From: Candidatus Margulisiibacteriota bacterium
Lineage (GTDB): Bacteria; Margulisbacteria; WOR-1; O2-12-FULL-45-9; XYB2-FULL-48-7
Direction: 5' to 3'
DNA length: 64,000 bases
Assembly (NCBI GenBank): GCA_041661965.1
Contig: JBAZTH010000003.1
Coordinates: 5,107 to 69,106 of the forward strand
The translations under genes and the position numbers were made by a program. Shown here one piece after another: positions 1 to 9,356 of the stretch. The notes under the pieces were generated by a model. It was not told the DNA's origin and made no database searches. It worked only from the letters and a program-made list of their open reading frames with translations. Every line of letters begins with the position of its first letter. The first letter of the stretch is position 1.

Positions 1-623
1 TGGCTTTGCGCTTTTTCGGCAACGATCCGGTCGGCCCGCAGTTCGTCGCGCCGGTGGATGATCGAAACTTTGCCGGCGTAGCGGGTCAAAAAGAGCGCTT
101 CTTCCACGGCCGAATTGCCGCCCCCGACCACGACGATGTTTTTGTCCTGGTAAAACGCGCCGTCGCAAACCGCGCAATAGGAGACCCCCCGGCCGGTGAA
201 GGTCTCTTCGCCCGGGACCCCCAGCTTGGCCGGTTCGGACCCGGTGGCGACGATCACCGCTTTGGCGAAATGGGCCTGTCCGTCGACGGTGACTTCCCGA
301 AAATGCTTGCCGTTTTTGACCCCAACCGCGCGCCCCCAAATGATTTTCGGAAAGAGCTTTTTGATCTGGTTCTCCAACCGCTGGGCCAGCTCCTGTCCGG
401 AGATCCCGTCGGGGAAGCCGGGGTAGTTATCGATCTGATAGGTGGTGGAGGCCAGCCCGCCCAGGATCATTTTTTCGATCAGCAGGACGTTAAGCCTGGC
501 CCGCAGGGCGTAAAGGGCGGCGGTCATGCCGGCCGGCCCGCCGCCGATAATGATCAGATCGTAAGGCTTTTGCTCTTCAATGATGATCGACTGCTGCGGT
601 TTGGTTTGTAATTTTGTCGGCAT
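1..623 (-). CDS. trxB: Thioredoxin-disulfide reductase, N-terminal part; gene continues past the window edge (C-terminus missing).
   Basis: Reverse-strand translation from ATG at 623-621 gives MPTKLQ...YDLIIIGGGPAGMTAALYA...GGNSAVEEALFLT. It has FAD GGGPAG and NAD(P) GGGNSA Rossmann motifs and a CAVCDG redox site. Not in the ORF track because it is truncated by the window edge. Confidence 0.85.
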   Translation of the reverse strand, partial: MPTKLQTKPQQSIIIEEQKPYDLIIIGGGPAGMTAALYALRARLNVLLIEKMILGGLASTTYQIDNYPGFPDGISGQELAQRLENQIKKLFPKIIWGRAVGVKNGKHFREVTVDGQAHFAKAVIVATGSEPAKLGVPGEETFTGRGVSYCAVCDGAFYQDKNIVVVGGGNSAVEEALFLTRYAGKVSIIHRRDELRADRIVAEKAQS

Positions 624-624
624 A

Positions 625-1629
625 TTATTTGTTGATGATCAGCTTGCTTTTTCCGACCAGGGAGATCTTCCGGTCCTTGAGCGAGACCCTGACCTGGTCG
701 CTGGTCAGCTTGTTGGTCCCTTGCTCGGCCCGCGAATTGCCGAAAAGGATAATGTTCTGGTCGTCGGTAAAGTAGTCGGCGGCGTCTCCCCAGGCGTTGA
801 TGTCGCGATAAGCGATCCGGACCTCGTTCTTAAGCTTTAATTTCTTTTTCTGTTGGTAATATTGGACCGCTTTGGCGGTGACCCTGGCGTCCTGCCAGCT
901 GATGCGCGGGTTGCCGTTGGCGGTAAAGATATCCTGCGCGCCGGTCACGCTGAATGTCTCGGCTTCCAGGGTGAGCGGAATACTGCCGGCCGGCGCGATG
1001 ACTATTTTCGGCGAGCCGGACAGGGTCATCATTTTAAATTCGACGTCGCCGCTCAAGGTCTCGGCGTAAGCGGAGGCGTCCCCCTTGTTCAGCATAATTC
1101 CCCCCTGGCAGAGGAGTTTTTGGTCGGCCAGCCGCCAGCGGAGATTCTTGGCCTTGAACCAGTAACCGAGCCCTTTTTTGTATTCCTTGGGGAAAGAAAA
1201 GAACGAGAGCTTGCCGGTCCTGATCGAACTAAGCAGCTGGTTGATCTTGCCGGCGGAGGCCAGGTCGTAGCCGACCGGATTGTCGAGATAGATCTCTTTC
1301 TTGTCTTTTTCCCAGAGGGCGGCGGGGGAGGAGAAGCGCAAGACCGGTTTTCCTTTATTAAAGAAAGTCCCTTCCACGTTTTGCAGGGCGGCGATCCCGG
1401 CATTTTTATTGAGCATGCCGGTGTCGGCTTCCAATTGCCAGTATTTGACCCCGTTGACGACCTCTTCGACCGTGACTTTTTTGAAGATCAGGTCGGCTTT
1501 CTTTTCCTGTTCCTTCAGAGAGTTATAGATCCGGCTGGAGACGTCCTCCTTCGGGACGAAGATCGCCCAGTAGAAGATCCAGACGAAAAAGACCACCGCC
1601 AGGATCGGTATTAAAGTTTTAAATCTCAT
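625..1629 (-). CDS. Membrane-anchored OstA/LptA–LptC-like protein (possible LPS transport component)
   Basis: 334-aa ORF with an N-terminal TM helix followed by beta-rich repeats; overall resemblance to the LptC/LptA OstA-N fold; sits in an LPS-heptose neighbourhood. Sequence similarity is judged by eye only. Confidence 0.45.
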   Translation of the reverse strand: MRFKTLIPILAVVFFVWIFYWAIFVPKEDVSSRIYNSLKEQEKKADLIFKKVTVEEVVNGVKYWQLEADTGMLNKNAGIAALQNVEGTFFNKGKPVLRFSSPAALWEKDKKEIYLDNPVGYDLASAGKINQLLSSIRTGKLSFFSFPKEYKKGLGYWFKAKNLRWRLADQKLLCQGGIMLNKGDASAYAETLSGDVEFKMMTLSGSPKIVIAPAGSIPLTLEAETFSVTGAQDIFTANGNPRISWQDARVTAKAVQYYQQKKKLKLKNEVRIAYRDINAWGDAADYFTDDQNIILFGNSRAEQGTNKLTSDQVRVSLKDRKISLVGKSKLIINK

Positions 1630-1650
1630 AAAATTTAGTTAACTCCCCGA

Positions 1651-1678
1651 ATAACCGCGCAATTAATTGCGCGGTTAT
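1651..1678. promoter_or_regulatory. 28-bp perfect palindrome ATAACCGCGCAATTAATTGCGCGGTTAT between the TPR gene and the LptC-like gene
   Basis: Inverted repeat seen directly; no downstream T-run on the minus strand, so an operator-like site is more likely than an intrinsic terminator. Confidence 0.3.
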
Positions 1679-1717
1679 AGCAAGGAAACCGCGACGATAC
1701 TGTCGCAGGTTTCCATT

Positions 1718-2329
1718 TTAGTATCCCAACGCCCTCAACCTGACCGCTTCCATGGTTTCCAGGAAGCCTTTCCATTTGTCCCCTTTACGGTTGTAGCCTT
1801 CCCCCAGCAGCAGGTGGAGCGCGGCGACGTTGCTGTCGATCGCCAGCCCTTTTTTGGTGACCTCCATGGCGGTGTCGGTTTCGTTGAGTTCCCCGTAGAT
1901 CAGCGCCTGGTAGCCGTAACCCCAGACGTTATAAGGATCGATCTTGAGGACATTTTCCAGTTCCCGGATCGCTTCTTTTTTCCGTTCGTTGAAGTAGTAG
2001 GCGAAGGCAAGGCGGAAGCGGAGCCGCCAGTCGCTGGGACTGTCGGTGACTTTTTTCTCGTACATTTCCAGCCCCTTTTTCTTAAACGAAGGGTCTAGTT
2101 CGACGGTCTTTTTAAGGTTGTTCCAGCCGTCCTGCAGGTTGTTAGTGTAAGCCATGGTGATCGCCAGATCGAAGCGGGTAGCGGCATCGTTCGGATTGGC
2201 CTTGACCGCCGCTTGTTTGGTCTCCAGCTCTTTCTGCAGTTCGGGCGTGATCCGCCAGGCCTGGGCGGAAAAAGCTGTAAGCAGTAAGCAGCAAGCGGTA
2301 AGCAAAAACAAGCCTCTTTTTATATTCAT
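1718..2329 (-). CDS. Secreted TPR-repeat protein
   Basis: Signal peptide MNIKRGLFLLTACCLLLTAFSAQA followed by TPR-like helical repeats; start overlaps the hldE stop by 4 nt. Confidence 0.55.
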   Translation of the reverse strand: MNIKRGLFLLTACCLLLTAFSAQAWRITPELQKELETKQAAVKANPNDAATRFDLAITMAYTNNLQDGWNNLKKTVELDPSFKKKGLEMYEKKVTDSPSDWRLRFRLAFAYYFNERKKEAIRELENVLKIDPYNVWGYGYQALIYGELNETDTAMEVTKKGLAIDSNVAALHLLLGEGYNRKGDKWKGFLETMEAVRLRALGY

Positions 2330-3780
2330 TTCTTCCCTCCCAGTATTTTAGCGACGATGTTAGTGGTCGAGCGGCCTTTGATCGGCGGAATGACGACAAC
2401 TTTGCCGCCAAGCGCTTCGACCAGTTTTTTCTCCGGCAGGTCGTTAACGTTATAGTCCCCGCCTTTGACGTGAATATTGGGTTCGACCGCTTTGATCAGA
2501 TTATCGGGCCGCAGTTCGCCAAACAAGATGACATAGTCGACGCATTCCAGGGAGGCCAGGATCTCCGCCCGTTCCAGTTCCGAGACGTAAGGGCGGGCTG
2601 GTCCTTTGAGGGCGGCGACCGACTTGTCGGTGTTGACCCCGACGATCAGAATGTCGCCGAGCTTTTTGGCTTCGCGCAGGTAGCGGACGTGGCCGAGGTG
2701 GAGGATATCGAAACAGCCGTTGGTGAAGACGATCTTCATCCCTTCGTTTTTCAGGTTCTTGGCGATCGGCCCGATCTCCCGGCGGGTCTTGATCTTGCGG
2801 GTGACCGGCTCATGCCCGGCCAGCGATTCTTCCAGCTCTTCCCGGAAACAGGGGGCGGTCCCGATCTTGCCAACGACAACCGAGCCGGCGAAGTTGGAGA
2901 GGAGGGCTGCTTCCCGCGTCGAGGCGCCGGCCGCCAGGGCCAGGGTCAGGGTGGCGATCACGGCGTCGCCCGCGCCGGTGATGTCGAACACTTCGCGGGG
3001 GACCGCCGGGAAGGTCTTGGCCTCTTTGGCGTCGAAGAGGGTCATGCCGTCGCGTCCCCGGGTGACCAGGACATAGCGGCTTTTGGTTTTCTGCAGGAGG
3101 TTTTTACCCGCTTGCCGCAGGGTTTCGTCGTCTTTGATCTCGACCCCGGCGGCGACAATTGCTTCCCGTAAATTTGGGGTGATGATAGTGACCCCGGCGT
3201 ATTTGGCGTAGTCATTTCCTTTCGGATCGACAGCGACCGGCTTTTTGTGGGCTTTGGCCAGCTTAATGGTCGTTTGGCAAATCGTTTTGGTGACCAATCC
3301 TTTTTCGTAGTCGGAGATAACGATCGCGTCAACGCGGGGGATCAGTTCCTTGAGCCGTTTAACGATCTGTTGGGTTAGGGCGAGAGAGAGGATCGATTTG
3401 TCTTCCCGGTCGACCCGGACGACGTGCTGGGAGGCGGCGATGATTCTCGACTTGAGGATGGTCGGCCTAACATCGTCGACAATGATGAAATTGGTGCTGA
3501 CGTTGATCTTTTTCAGGGCGTTGAGGAGTTTTTCGCCCGAGCTGTCCCGGCCGATGATCCCGATCAGGTAGGGGGTACCGCCCAGGGCGGCGATATTGGC
3601 GGCGACGTTGCCGCAACCGCCGGGGACATGGGTCGTCTTTTTAACGTCGGCGATCGGGACCGGCGCTTCCGGCGAGATCCGGGAGACCGTGCTCCAGATA
3701 TGCTCGTCGAGCATCAGGTCGCCGACGATCAGGACTTTTTTACCGGCAAAATTTGAGATGTATTTTTTTAGGTTGTCCAA
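2326..3780 (-). CDS. hldE: Bifunctional D-beta-D-heptose 7-phosphate kinase / D-beta-D-heptose 1-phosphate adenylyltransferase
   Basis: 484 aa. N-terminal ribokinase-like domain (GAGD motif) plus C-terminal cytidylyltransferase domain (MKIVFTNGCFDILHLGHVRYL). Confidence 0.85.
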   Translation of the reverse strand: MDNLKKYISNFAGKKVLIVGDLMLDEHIWSTVSRISPEAPVPIADVKKTTHVPGGCGNVAANIAALGGTPYLIGIIGRDSSGEKLLNALKKINVSTNFIIVDDVRPTILKSRIIAASQHVVRVDREDKSILSLALTQQIVKRLKELIPRVDAIVISDYEKGLVTKTICQTTIKLAKAHKKPVAVDPKGNDYAKYAGVTIITPNLREAIVAAGVEIKDDETLRQAGKNLLQKTKSRYVLVTRGRDGMTLFDAKEAKTFPAVPREVFDITGAGDAVIATLTLALAAGASTREAALLSNFAGSVVVGKIGTAPCFREELEESLAGHEPVTRKIKTRREIGPIAKNLKNEGMKIVFTNGCFDILHLGHVRYLREAKKLGDILIVGVNTDKSVAALKGPARPYVSELERAEILASLECVDYVILFGELRPDNLIKAVEPNIHVKGGDYNVNDLPEKKLVEALGGKVVVIPPIKGRSTTNIVAKILGGKK

Positions 3781-3831
3781 GGTTTGATCCTTTCCTTCAA
3801 AGGTGCTTATGTAATGGTATAGGAGCGGGGG

Positions 3832-4410
3832 TTATTTTTCAAGAGCTGATCGGCCAAGGAGCCAGTCGGCCGCCGCTGACAGGTCGGAGGCGATAAAGTC
3901 GGCCGGTTTCCGGAGCTTGTTTTTTGATTCGGCCCCCAGGCCGGTCAGGACCAGGATCGTTTTGGTCCCGGCGTTCTCCCCGGCTTCAATGTCGCTCGGC
4001 TTGTCGCCGATCATATAGGAGCGGCTAAGGTCGAGCTGGTGTTCACGGGCCGCTTGCTTCAGCAGACCGGGGGAGGGTTTGCGGCAGTCGCAATCATCTT
4101 TATAAGGGTAAACCCCGTGTTCGGGGTGGTGGGGGCAGTAGTAAGCGCCATCAAGGTGAGCCCCTTTTGCCAGCAGGAGCTTGTGCATCGTTTTATCGAT
4201 CGTCTGGAGCATATCTTCGGAGATAATTCCCCGGGCGACCCCCGATTGGTTGCTGATGATGATCACCGGCCAGCCGGCTTCGTTCAGTTTTTTGATCCCC
4301 TCGATCGCTCCCGGCAGGAATTCGATCTCCCGGGGAGAGCTTAAGTAGTGGGCGTCCAAAATGACCGTACCGTCACGGTCGAGAAAGACGGCTTTACTTT
4401 TTTCAGCCAT
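3832..4410 (-). CDS. gmhB: D,D-heptose 1,7-bisphosphate phosphatase (HAD family)
   Basis: MAEKSKAVFLDRDGTV... HAD motif I DRDGT, and CPHHPEHG...CDCRKP zinc motif typical of GmhB. Start placed at ATG 4410 rather than the upstream in-frame M at 4449. Confidence 0.8.
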   Translation of the reverse strand: MAEKSKAVFLDRDGTVILDAHYLSSPREIEFLPGAIEGIKKLNEAGWPVIIISNQSGVARGIISEDMLQTIDKTMHKLLLAKGAHLDGAYYCPHHPEHGVYPYKDDCDCRKPSPGLLKQAAREHQLDLSRSYMIGDKPSDIEAGENAGTKTILVLTGLGAESKNKLRKPADFIASDLSAAADWLLGRSALEK

Positions 4411-4412
4411 AT

Positions 4413-4466
4413 CGCGATAATTATAACATAATCTACAAAGAAGAGTCATTGTAGACTATTATCGCG
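4413..4466. promoter_or_regulatory. Nested inverted repeat (CGCGATAAT...ATTATCGCG with inner TCTACAA/TTGTAGA) immediately upstream of gmhB
   Basis: Palindromic architecture seen in sequence, in the gmhB 5' region and 3' of the rSAM gene. Confidence 0.25.
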
Positions 4467-4514
4467 AAACCGGGCGTTGGCTACCGGCTGGACATACAGG
4501 CGCTGGAAAAATAG

Positions 4515-5711
4515 TTATTCAAAACAGAAAGAATAGTTCTTTTTTATTTGACGGTTGATATAACTGATCGCTAGACTCTTCTCTTGATAGAGACGGCCCC
4601 AGAAATAGGCCGCTTCTTTGATCAGAAATTTTTTCAATTCGCACAACAGCCGGGCAGGTTCGGTGGAACGGCTCCTAACTGTTTCATAATAGCACTGGCC
4701 GCCGCAGAGCTTTTTGGCGGCGCATTTCTCACATTTGGCCAGGAAGCCGGCCTGCGCCGCCGGCGGTGGGTTTTTAATTCCCTTAACAACGTTGCCAAGC
4801 GAAGTCTCCGGCAGCCGGCTGAAAGAGGGGCACAGGAAAATATCGCCTCCGGCGTCTACATAAAAATAATCCAGCCCGGCCGGACAGCGCCGGGTTTGCT
4901 CCGCGCCGGCGTAGGTCCGCAGCAGGAATTTGCCCAGGTAATCACCCGGATTAAAAAGCGAAAAGAAATAGCCGTAATCGTTTTCTTTAATGATCTTTTT
5001 CAGGATAAAGTCGGTCAGGGCGCGATATTCTTTTTTGACTTTTTTCAGCCGGTCGGCGGTCAGCTTGAATCTCCGATCGCTGCCGCGGTACGGTTTGACG
5101 ATGATGCGGCGAAAGCCGAGCAAGTAAAGCCCCTTGAGCCGGTAGGTCAAGAGGGGATCGTCATAAGTAAAAGTTGAATTGGCATTGTCGATCAGAGAAA
5201 AGGCCTTCTGCTCTTTCAATTCGCCGATCAGCCGCAAAACACGGTCGCCGCTGCCGCGGCCGGACCGATCCCGGCGGTTGATGTCATTGAGGAGCGGAAA
5301 GCCGTCGAAGGTAAGCGAGAAACGGATCAGCCGCCGGCGCCGTTTGTTTAATTTTTTGATCCGGGCGATGAGACCGGGCGTCAAAAGCGTGCCGTTAGTC
5401 GTGAAATGCAAGAAGATCTTGTCGTTTTTGCGGGCGATGACATATTCGGCGAGCCGTTCGATCAATTCAAAATTTAGCAGCGGTTCGCCGGTGCCGGTAA
5501 AATCCACACAATATTCTTGGGGCGGCGGCGACTGTTTCCGGTAATAGTCCAGAAAGAAATCAATGGCTTTGACAGCCGATTCATAGCTCATTTTCTGCGG
5601 CTGCCGGTGCTTTTGCGCTGCGAAACAATAGCGGCAGTTGAGATTGCAGCCCGAACAGTTTTCCAGGCTGATGGTGACAACGCGTTTTTGAAGTGTTGAT
5701 TTGGTTGCCAT
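4515..5711 (-). CDS. Radical SAM protein with C-terminal SPASM-type cysteine cluster (peptide/protein-modifying maturase family)
   Basis: CSGCNLNCRYC (Cx3Cx2C) near the N-terminus; C-terminal cysteine-rich CPAGLDYFYVDAGGDIFLCPSF ... CEKCAAKKLCGGQCYYE resembling SPASM auxiliary-cluster motifs. Confidence 0.7.
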   Translation of the reverse strand: MATKSTLQKRVVTISLENCSGCNLNCRYCFAAQKHRQPQKMSYESAVKAIDFFLDYYRKQSPPPQEYCVDFTGTGEPLLNFELIERLAEYVIARKNDKIFLHFTTNGTLLTPGLIARIKKLNKRRRRLIRFSLTFDGFPLLNDINRRDRSGRGSGDRVLRLIGELKEQKAFSLIDNANSTFTYDDPLLTYRLKGLYLLGFRRIIVKPYRGSDRRFKLTADRLKKVKKEYRALTDFILKKIIKENDYGYFFSLFNPGDYLGKFLLRTYAGAEQTRRCPAGLDYFYVDAGGDIFLCPSFSRLPETSLGNVVKGIKNPPPAAQAGFLAKCEKCAAKKLCGGQCYYETVRSRSTEPARLLCELKKFLIKEAAYFWGRLYQEKSLAISYINRQIKKNYSFCFE

Positions 5712-5712
5712 G

Positions 5713-6117
5713 TTAGCAATAAACCCTGACCGGGTTGAGGTTCGGGCCCGGTTTTAATGGAATATAAGAAAAACGATATTGCCCTCTGGAGCTATTTTCA
5801 TGGCGTAATTTAATAAGGGCGCCTGCTTTTTTGACGATGTCCCTGGTGAATCTCGTCGGATCAGTGATTACTCCGGCGGCGATCATGCTAAGCAGCGTGT
5901 TCAAATAATAAAGACTATCTTTAGGCAGCCGCTTGACAATCGCTTTTTGCACGCTATAAGACTTGTTGAGAAGTTTTAGCGCGAAATCATCGGTAATCTC
6001 GTCCGGCTGGAGGCCAGGGGTTTGATTGGTATCAAACGATTTGAGGAAGACGGCCGCTTCTTTGTCGGCGGCAGCTTGAACGGTGTTAACTCTGTTAGTG
6101 TTTACCGGCTGCGGCAT
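5713..6117 (-). CDS. Hypothetical 134-aa protein, translationally coupled between the lipoprotein and the rSAM gene
   Basis: ORF abuts both neighbours (1-nt gaps) and shares their codon usage; no recognisable domain. Confidence 0.45.
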   Translation of the reverse strand: MPQPVNTNRVNTVQAAADKEAAVFLKSFDTNQTPGLQPDEITDDFALKLLNKSYSVQKAIVKRLPKDSLYYLNTLLSMIAAGVITDPTRFTRDIVKKAGALIKLRHENSSRGQYRFSYIPLKPGPNLNPVRVYC

Positions 6118-9100
6118 TTATTTGCTCCCCGGCGCCAGCCGATTCTCGACCGCCTCGGTCAACTGCGTTAGGGAATCGGTTCTGACTTTATCCAACAACT
6201 CTTTTAATCGCGCTTTAAGCGGACCGTTCCAGGGCAGGGTGGCGATAAAATCCGCCAGGCGGTCTTTGTCGAGCAGGAGATATTTTCTGGCTGATTCTTC
6301 AGCGCCTTCTTCATTTATTCCAGCGCTTCTAATCCTGTTGTTGCCCGGCGGGTCGGCGATCGGTTCCAGTTCGATCGGGATTAAACTATAATTTGGATCG
6401 AGATAGCCGACCGTAAAACCGGGGGTTAGGTCATGGAACCGAGGCCGGTCGACGCCCGGCGCTGTTTCTTGCGGTTCTTCAAAAAGTATCGGGCCGGGTT
6501 CTTGCAGGATGGCAGACAGACCCTGATCGAGAGTGAGTCCGGCCAGGTCGGCGAGCGCCGCCAGCTCGGCCGCCAGTCCCCGGGCTGTCTGCTGGGAGGT
6601 TGCGGTGTTGCGGCCGCTTTCCTTTAGCCGGTATTGAGTGATTGCTTCAAAATGAGCGACCGGTTTAGCGCCGGCCGGTTTGTCATCCGCCGCAGCCAGA
6701 AAGATTTCGTTGCGGTCAAAATATAAAAGATAGCGTTTCAGCAATTCAACAAAGGTCTTGGCGGCCAAACGCGGACCCTGCTTGTTGGGCGAGATCACGG
6801 GAAGCCATCGAATCTTGGCCAGCAACACCCGCTGCCGGTCAAAGTTTTCTTTTTCCCGTCCGGCCGGAACCGGCTTGAGCAGCGCCGGGATATCCTTGGT
6901 TATGACCTCTCGCCTGGCTTCTTCGAAGACCAGACGAGGGACATCTTTATCGTTAATCCCGGCCATGCGCGCCAGCGTGGCGATATCCCGCGCGGCATCG
7001 CTGCCCGCTTCGGCCTGTAGCCGCAAGATCTCGTCGTTAAGCATCAGCTTTTGGTCATCAGGGACGAACGAAAGATTTTGCAGGCGCGCCAGCGCGTCTT
7101 CCTTTAACAACACGACATCGTAATTGAGCGGCTCGGCCAGGCCCAATCCAACCAGCATTCTTTTTGCGTAGGCCGGGGCGGTCTCGGCCACCACCCGCCG
7201 GTAATGATCGTACCCAACGATGATATTGGCGGCCAGGAATTTGAACTCTCCGCTGTCCAGAGAGGTTAAATCTGTTTCGGAGTAGCCGGCCCGCCGCCTT
7301 GTGTTTTCATAACCTGCTTTAACGTTCAGAAGCATTCTGATTTTATTAAGCAGCGTTTTTTTGTCCGCTTGTTTGGGGGAGAGGGCGAAAATTCCTGCTT
7401 TCAGCTCGTCTACCGATAACTTAAATTTATCGCGCACTTCGGTATCGCTGGGCGGCGAATTGGCCACGGACAAGCTAAACTCATCGACTCCGGCATGAAA
7501 ATAGCTGTCAAGATCGTCTTCTATATTATCGGCTAACGGCCGGCCCTGATAGGTGTTGGCCGGATTGGCGTAGATCCGGAAAAAATGACGGACAAAATCC
7601 TCCAGCTTGTAGCCTTCCACCAGACCGTCTTCGTATTCACGAAAGAGCTGGAAGGCCCGGCCGCGGTCCAGAGGATTGGTATAACAGGTCGTGGCGGCAA
7701 AGCGAATATGCCATTTGTCGATCAAATGGTTGCCCCGGTTACGCTCATCCGCTGACAGCGCGTTGGCGCCGTAGACCACGCAGCCGATTTGGTGCAGGCG
7801 TTGCGCGGCCGCCTGCTCTTCTGCATCATTTTTGAATGGGCGGGCCAGCAGGATCCTGGCTTCGGCCAAATATTTATCGGTGACAGCCCTTAATCGCGCA
7901 TAGTCCGGCCGATTGTTCTCCGCAGCTTTATCAATCGGCGCAGGGGCGGGTGGAACGGCTTTTGTTCCGGGCGGGATTTCAGCCGGAACGCTCAATTTAT
8001 CCTGCCTGCTCAAGGTAACCCGGCCGCCGCCTTCATAGAAAGTGTTCCGCGAGCCGCCGCCGCCCCGGTTGGGAGCGGGAGCGCCGCTGCTTTCAACGAC
8101 TATCGCGACATTATCGGTCTGTTTGATGGTGCTTCTATAAACCGTGAGCTTTTCTTCCCTTAATTTCGCCAGCTCCTGAGAGTCTTCGATGGCTATTCCG
8201 GCGACCAGGACCATCGGGTCGAGCAGGTCGGCCCGCAACTCCGAAACCGGCTGCCAGCCGGCATAATTGCCCAGCAAAACCGCCTGGCGGTTCTCGTTAT
8301 AAATCGCCAGGTCGTCGTGATCAGAATATCTGGCCACCACCAGCCGGTTGTCTTCACCGAGCATTTCAGGATAAAAGAGCAGAATGCCGAGCGCCCCGAT
8401 GCCCCGGAGCGTGCACTCCTGGCCGCCCGGGCCGACCAGCTTCGGCCGGCCGTTAACTTTTAATTCTCCGCTGATAATTGAGGTCAGATATTTGGCGTTC
8501 GGGTCATACTTTGATTTCGATTCGATCAGGCCGATCAGTTTTCGCTTTTTTTCTTCGAGGTTCATACTTTGGTCGTGCGCCGCCGGTTCATACTCTTTGA
8601 CCCAGCCGGCGATTTCCGCCTGTAAAATCGGAAGCGGGATGCTCGGATTCGGCATCAGATAAACGGTGTCCCGCGACCGCTGATCCCAGAAATCGGCTGC
8701 AAATAAAAACGCGAGGAGTTTGGGATCAACCCGGTTGCCTGGTTTGCCCAGATCGGCCAGGTATTGGTCAAGCCAGGTTTTGCCCTCCTGCCGCAGGCCG
8801 GCAAGTTTTTGTTGAGCGGCCTTTCGCTCGGCGGGAGAGAGCGGGTTGGGTTTGCCTGCGGGTTTGACCGACATCTCTTCCCAGGGAGAAGTTTCCGAGC
8901 TCGCGTTGGGACTGACTGTAAAGCCGGCGTTAACATCGAAACGTGGTTCGGCGGAAAAAACGGCGTTTTGGCTCGCGGAACGGGCACCGCCCGACGCTTT
9001 ATTTATTTTTTCGACCAGGCGATCGATTTCTTCCTTGCCCGGCGGTGAATTATCGGCTGTTTCAGCTGCCGGGTTAACCAGCAGTGGTTTCCCGGCTTTT

Positions 9101-9288
9101 CCGTTGGGCGGAGGCGGGGTGAGTGTTTGGCCGGTTGGGTTTCCGGGAGTTGAGGAAGTCCTTGTTAGTCTTCTCAATAGGCTGTCCTGGCCGCAGCCGC
9201 CGACAGCCACTGTATGCAGCGCGGCCGAGAAAAGAAAGGTCCGGGCCAGCCGGTTTCTGAATAACGAGCCGATTCTAAGATTAATCAT
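6118..9288 (-). CDS. Large (1056 aa) predicted lipoprotein of unknown function
   Basis: N-terminal signal with lipobox-like AVGGCGQ; Pro/Gly-rich low-complexity linker; long globular remainder; no recognisable catalytic motif. Confidence 0.55.
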   Translation of the reverse strand: MINLRIGSLFRNRLARTFLFSAALHTVAVGGCGQDSLLRRLTRTSSTPGNPTGQTLTPPPPNGKAGKPLLVNPAAETADNSPPGKEEIDRLVEKINKASGGARSASQNAVFSAEPRFDVNAGFTVSPNASSETSPWEEMSVKPAGKPNPLSPAERKAAQQKLAGLRQEGKTWLDQYLADLGKPGNRVDPKLLAFLFAADFWDQRSRDTVYLMPNPSIPLPILQAEIAGWVKEYEPAAHDQSMNLEEKKRKLIGLIESKSKYDPNAKYLTSIISGELKVNGRPKLVGPGGQECTLRGIGALGILLFYPEMLGEDNRLVVARYSDHDDLAIYNENRQAVLLGNYAGWQPVSELRADLLDPMVLVAGIAIEDSQELAKLREEKLTVYRSTIKQTDNVAIVVESSGAPAPNRGGGGSRNTFYEGGGRVTLSRQDKLSVPAEIPPGTKAVPPAPAPIDKAAENNRPDYARLRAVTDKYLAEARILLARPFKNDAEEQAAAQRLHQIGCVVYGANALSADERNRGNHLIDKWHIRFAATTCYTNPLDRGRAFQLFREYEDGLVEGYKLEDFVRHFFRIYANPANTYQGRPLADNIEDDLDSYFHAGVDEFSLSVANSPPSDTEVRDKFKLSVDELKAGIFALSPKQADKKTLLNKIRMLLNVKAGYENTRRRAGYSETDLTSLDSGEFKFLAANIIVGYDHYRRVVAETAPAYAKRMLVGLGLAEPLNYDVVLLKEDALARLQNLSFVPDDQKLMLNDEILRLQAEAGSDAARDIATLARMAGINDKDVPRLVFEEARREVITKDIPALLKPVPAGREKENFDRQRVLLAKIRWLPVISPNKQGPRLAAKTFVELLKRYLLYFDRNEIFLAAADDKPAGAKPVAHFEAITQYRLKESGRNTATSQQTARGLAAELAALADLAGLTLDQGLSAILQEPGPILFEEPQETAPGVDRPRFHDLTPGFTVGYLDPNYSLIPIELEPIADPPGNNRIRSAGINEEGAEESARKYLLLDKDRLADFIATLPWNGPLKARLKELLDKVRTDSLTQLTEAVENRLAPGSK

Positions 9289-9356
9289 TTATTTTATTTA
9301 CTAATATCAAATTGCACACAAAAATTTACGTATGTCACTACAGATCAGTGATATAA

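Noticed and set aside
6-611. 201-aa plus-strand ORF at the window start
   Set aside because: It is the antisense frame of trxB. The minus-strand translation gives a canonical thioredoxin reductase, whereas the plus ORF is low-complexity and rich in Arg, Gly and Asp, typical of high-GC antisense frames.
853-1614. 253-aa plus-strand ORF
   Set aside because: Antisense to the LptC-like gene; Gly/Arg/Asp-rich composition; no start context.
2470-3171. 233-aa plus-strand ORF
   Set aside because: Antisense within hldE.
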